From Massalongia carnosa (lineage: Eukaryota): 64,000 nt of DNA. The DNA is taken from positions 558,001-622,000 of the forward strand of contig OZ287081.1 of NCBI GenBank assembly GCA_965645245.1, read 5' to 3'. Each line of letters starts with the position of its first letter. Within the stretch, counting starts at the first letter, position 1. Below are positions 62,496-64,000 of this stretch, in pieces. The position numbers and the translations under genes were made by a program. The notes beneath the pieces are model-generated. The model was not told the origin of the DNA. It made no database searches and saw only the letters and a list, made by a program, of their open reading frames with translations.

Positions 62496-64000
62496 CTATC
62501 TACAAAGCAGATCCTCTCCAGCGTCAATACGCTTAGAGATCTGATGTCCAGAGAGCCCCAAACTGTCAACTTCCCGCGCAATATCCCACGGATCCCTCCC
62601 CTGCTCATTCGCCTTCCCCTGAAGGTACCGACGGATCCGTCTCTTGACGTAGAACCGCTGCCTCAGGGCAGGAGTGTACCTCCACTTAGCCCCGAAGAGG
62701 CGGTCCAACTCGTCGAGAGACGTACGCCGGACCCCCTCCACCAACGTCCCCACCGCGAATTCCTCCAACACCGCCTCCGCCGAGGTCACGCCGCCGAGAA
62801 TGGGCTCCGCCGGGCAGCCAGGAGGACGTTGAGGCGGCCCCTCTTGGGGGAGGGAGCCACAGGGCGCAGAGACCGTAGACGCCTCTCCGGGGACGGAAGT
62901 GAGGACGACAGAAGGTGTAGGAAGGAGAGAAGCGGCTGCGTCGACGTACGAGGACGCCGACGCAGCAGGCTCTTCACCAACGGAGTGCGCCGCCGTCGCA
63001 AGAGCAGTCGCCTGCCCTCGCCAAGAAGCCTCGTCCAGCAGCCAGTCCCTCCGAACAGCCTCCACAGGAACCGTCAGAAAGGATCGAGGTAGCATCGAGA
63101 CCGTGGCCTGCAACTGTGAGAGCTGCGAACCCAGGACTCGAGCTATCTCCTGGGCATTTGCCGCCGGCAGCGCACTCAAGGTGGTCGTCAGCTGGCTCTG
63201 CCCGGAGAGCAACCTCTCCACAGCGTTGAGCGTGCGATCTTGCTTGATCGCAACACCGCCGACCTTGTTACTGACGCCATCAACGGAGTCAGCAACAAGA
63301 GGCAGCACGCCGTGGATGGCCACGTGCAAAAGTTCCTTTTCTACGGCCTCCAACTCCCGTATCTTCGCCGCGAACGGAGGCCAAAGGGGATCTCTGAAAA
63401 CTTGGTGTCTCCAGAGCGAAAGCTCAGGAAACTGAGGCTGTAGAAGCGCCGCGTCTTGCAGGAAGACACAACGCAGCCGCAGCAACATCTCCAGAACCTT
63501 CTTCCCTGCCTTATCCGCATCAGGAAAAAGACCGCCTTTGTACGCCGCCAGAGCGTCATCCACCCAAGGCCACACCTGCCGCTGCAGGGCCAGATCCGGT
63601 GAGTGTTCTCCTCTTCTCAAAAAGTAACTCCCGGGGGAGTTGCCAAAGCCGGCGGCGCGACGCATGTAGACACGCGGCAGGCGAGTGAGGTAGTTAGTGG
63701 CCCAGACGCCACGTTCCCATCCGCCTGCTCTCATGATCTATAGTATTTGGTATAAGGGTAATGCTAGTAAGTATAAGGGGCCATGAATCGTAGACTACTT
63801 ACCTGGTCCGCGGGGACCTTCCACATGTCGGCCAGCCGTGACGAGGACTGCCGCATGGTGTGGACCGTCTTGGAGCTGTCGACGCCGACAGCATCCAAAG
63901 CCTGCTTAATCCATCGGGCCTGTGTTTTGTCGGAGATCTCCTCCTTAGATCGCGCCAGGCTCCCGGAGATGACCTTCGTGTAATACCACGAAGATCGATC
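62496..64000 (-). mobile_element. CryptonF-type tyrosine recombinase gene (Ndc10-like YR plus GCR1_C domain); 5' part outside the window; intron about 63739-63802
   Basis: HTMRQSS..(intron)..IMRAGGW..NYLTRLP..AAGF..YFLRR, VWPWVD and LRCVFLQDAA. C-terminal GCR1_C-like segment EEFAVG..SLDELDRLFGAKWR. GC content is higher than in the flanks. Confidence 0.85.

Noticed and set aside
62544..63443. Long plus-strand ORFs (182 aa and 178 aa)
   Set aside because: Antisense shadows of the GC-rich Crypton coding sequence, with no recognisable motifs.
1..64000. tRNA, rRNA or hammerhead ribozyme genes
   Set aside because: None recognised by eye. The CTGATGA hits checked lacked a matching GAAA core and stems. 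An Infernal or tRNAscan run would be needed to exclude them.

Overview
Eukaryotic DNA from a filamentous ascomycete (Pezizomycotina): short GT-AG introns with CTAAC/CTGAC branch sites and fungal-specific gene families. Conserved genes flank the window. On the left are an Esc1/DevR-type bHLH factor and TPA1/Ofd1. On the right are the divergent TAF3/TAF7 pair, an FlbB-like bZIP and a phytase-like secreted esterase. Between about 8.2 and 50 kb lies an accessory region rich in transposons and pseudogenes. It holds a Fot1/pogo element, an intact DD38E Tc1-like element with a non-TA target duplication, and a decayed Ngaro/DIRS retroelement interrupted by a Mutator element. It also holds decayed F-box, ART-like, Zn2Cys6, metalloprotease-like and HET genes, and intact IFI27-like, PPPDE-like and hydrophobin-like genes. 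The most striking intact module is a head-to-head pair of paralogous AIG1/septin-like GTPases, one ending in a CaaX prenylation box and the other in ZZ-like zinc fingers. Near the right end are an 85-bp hairpin mini-element with perfect 41-bp arms, derived from the Fot1 termini, and a Crypton tyrosine-recombinase gene that runs off the window. All family assignments are by motif recognition only; no database searches were run. Some single-base frameshifts could be assembly errors.
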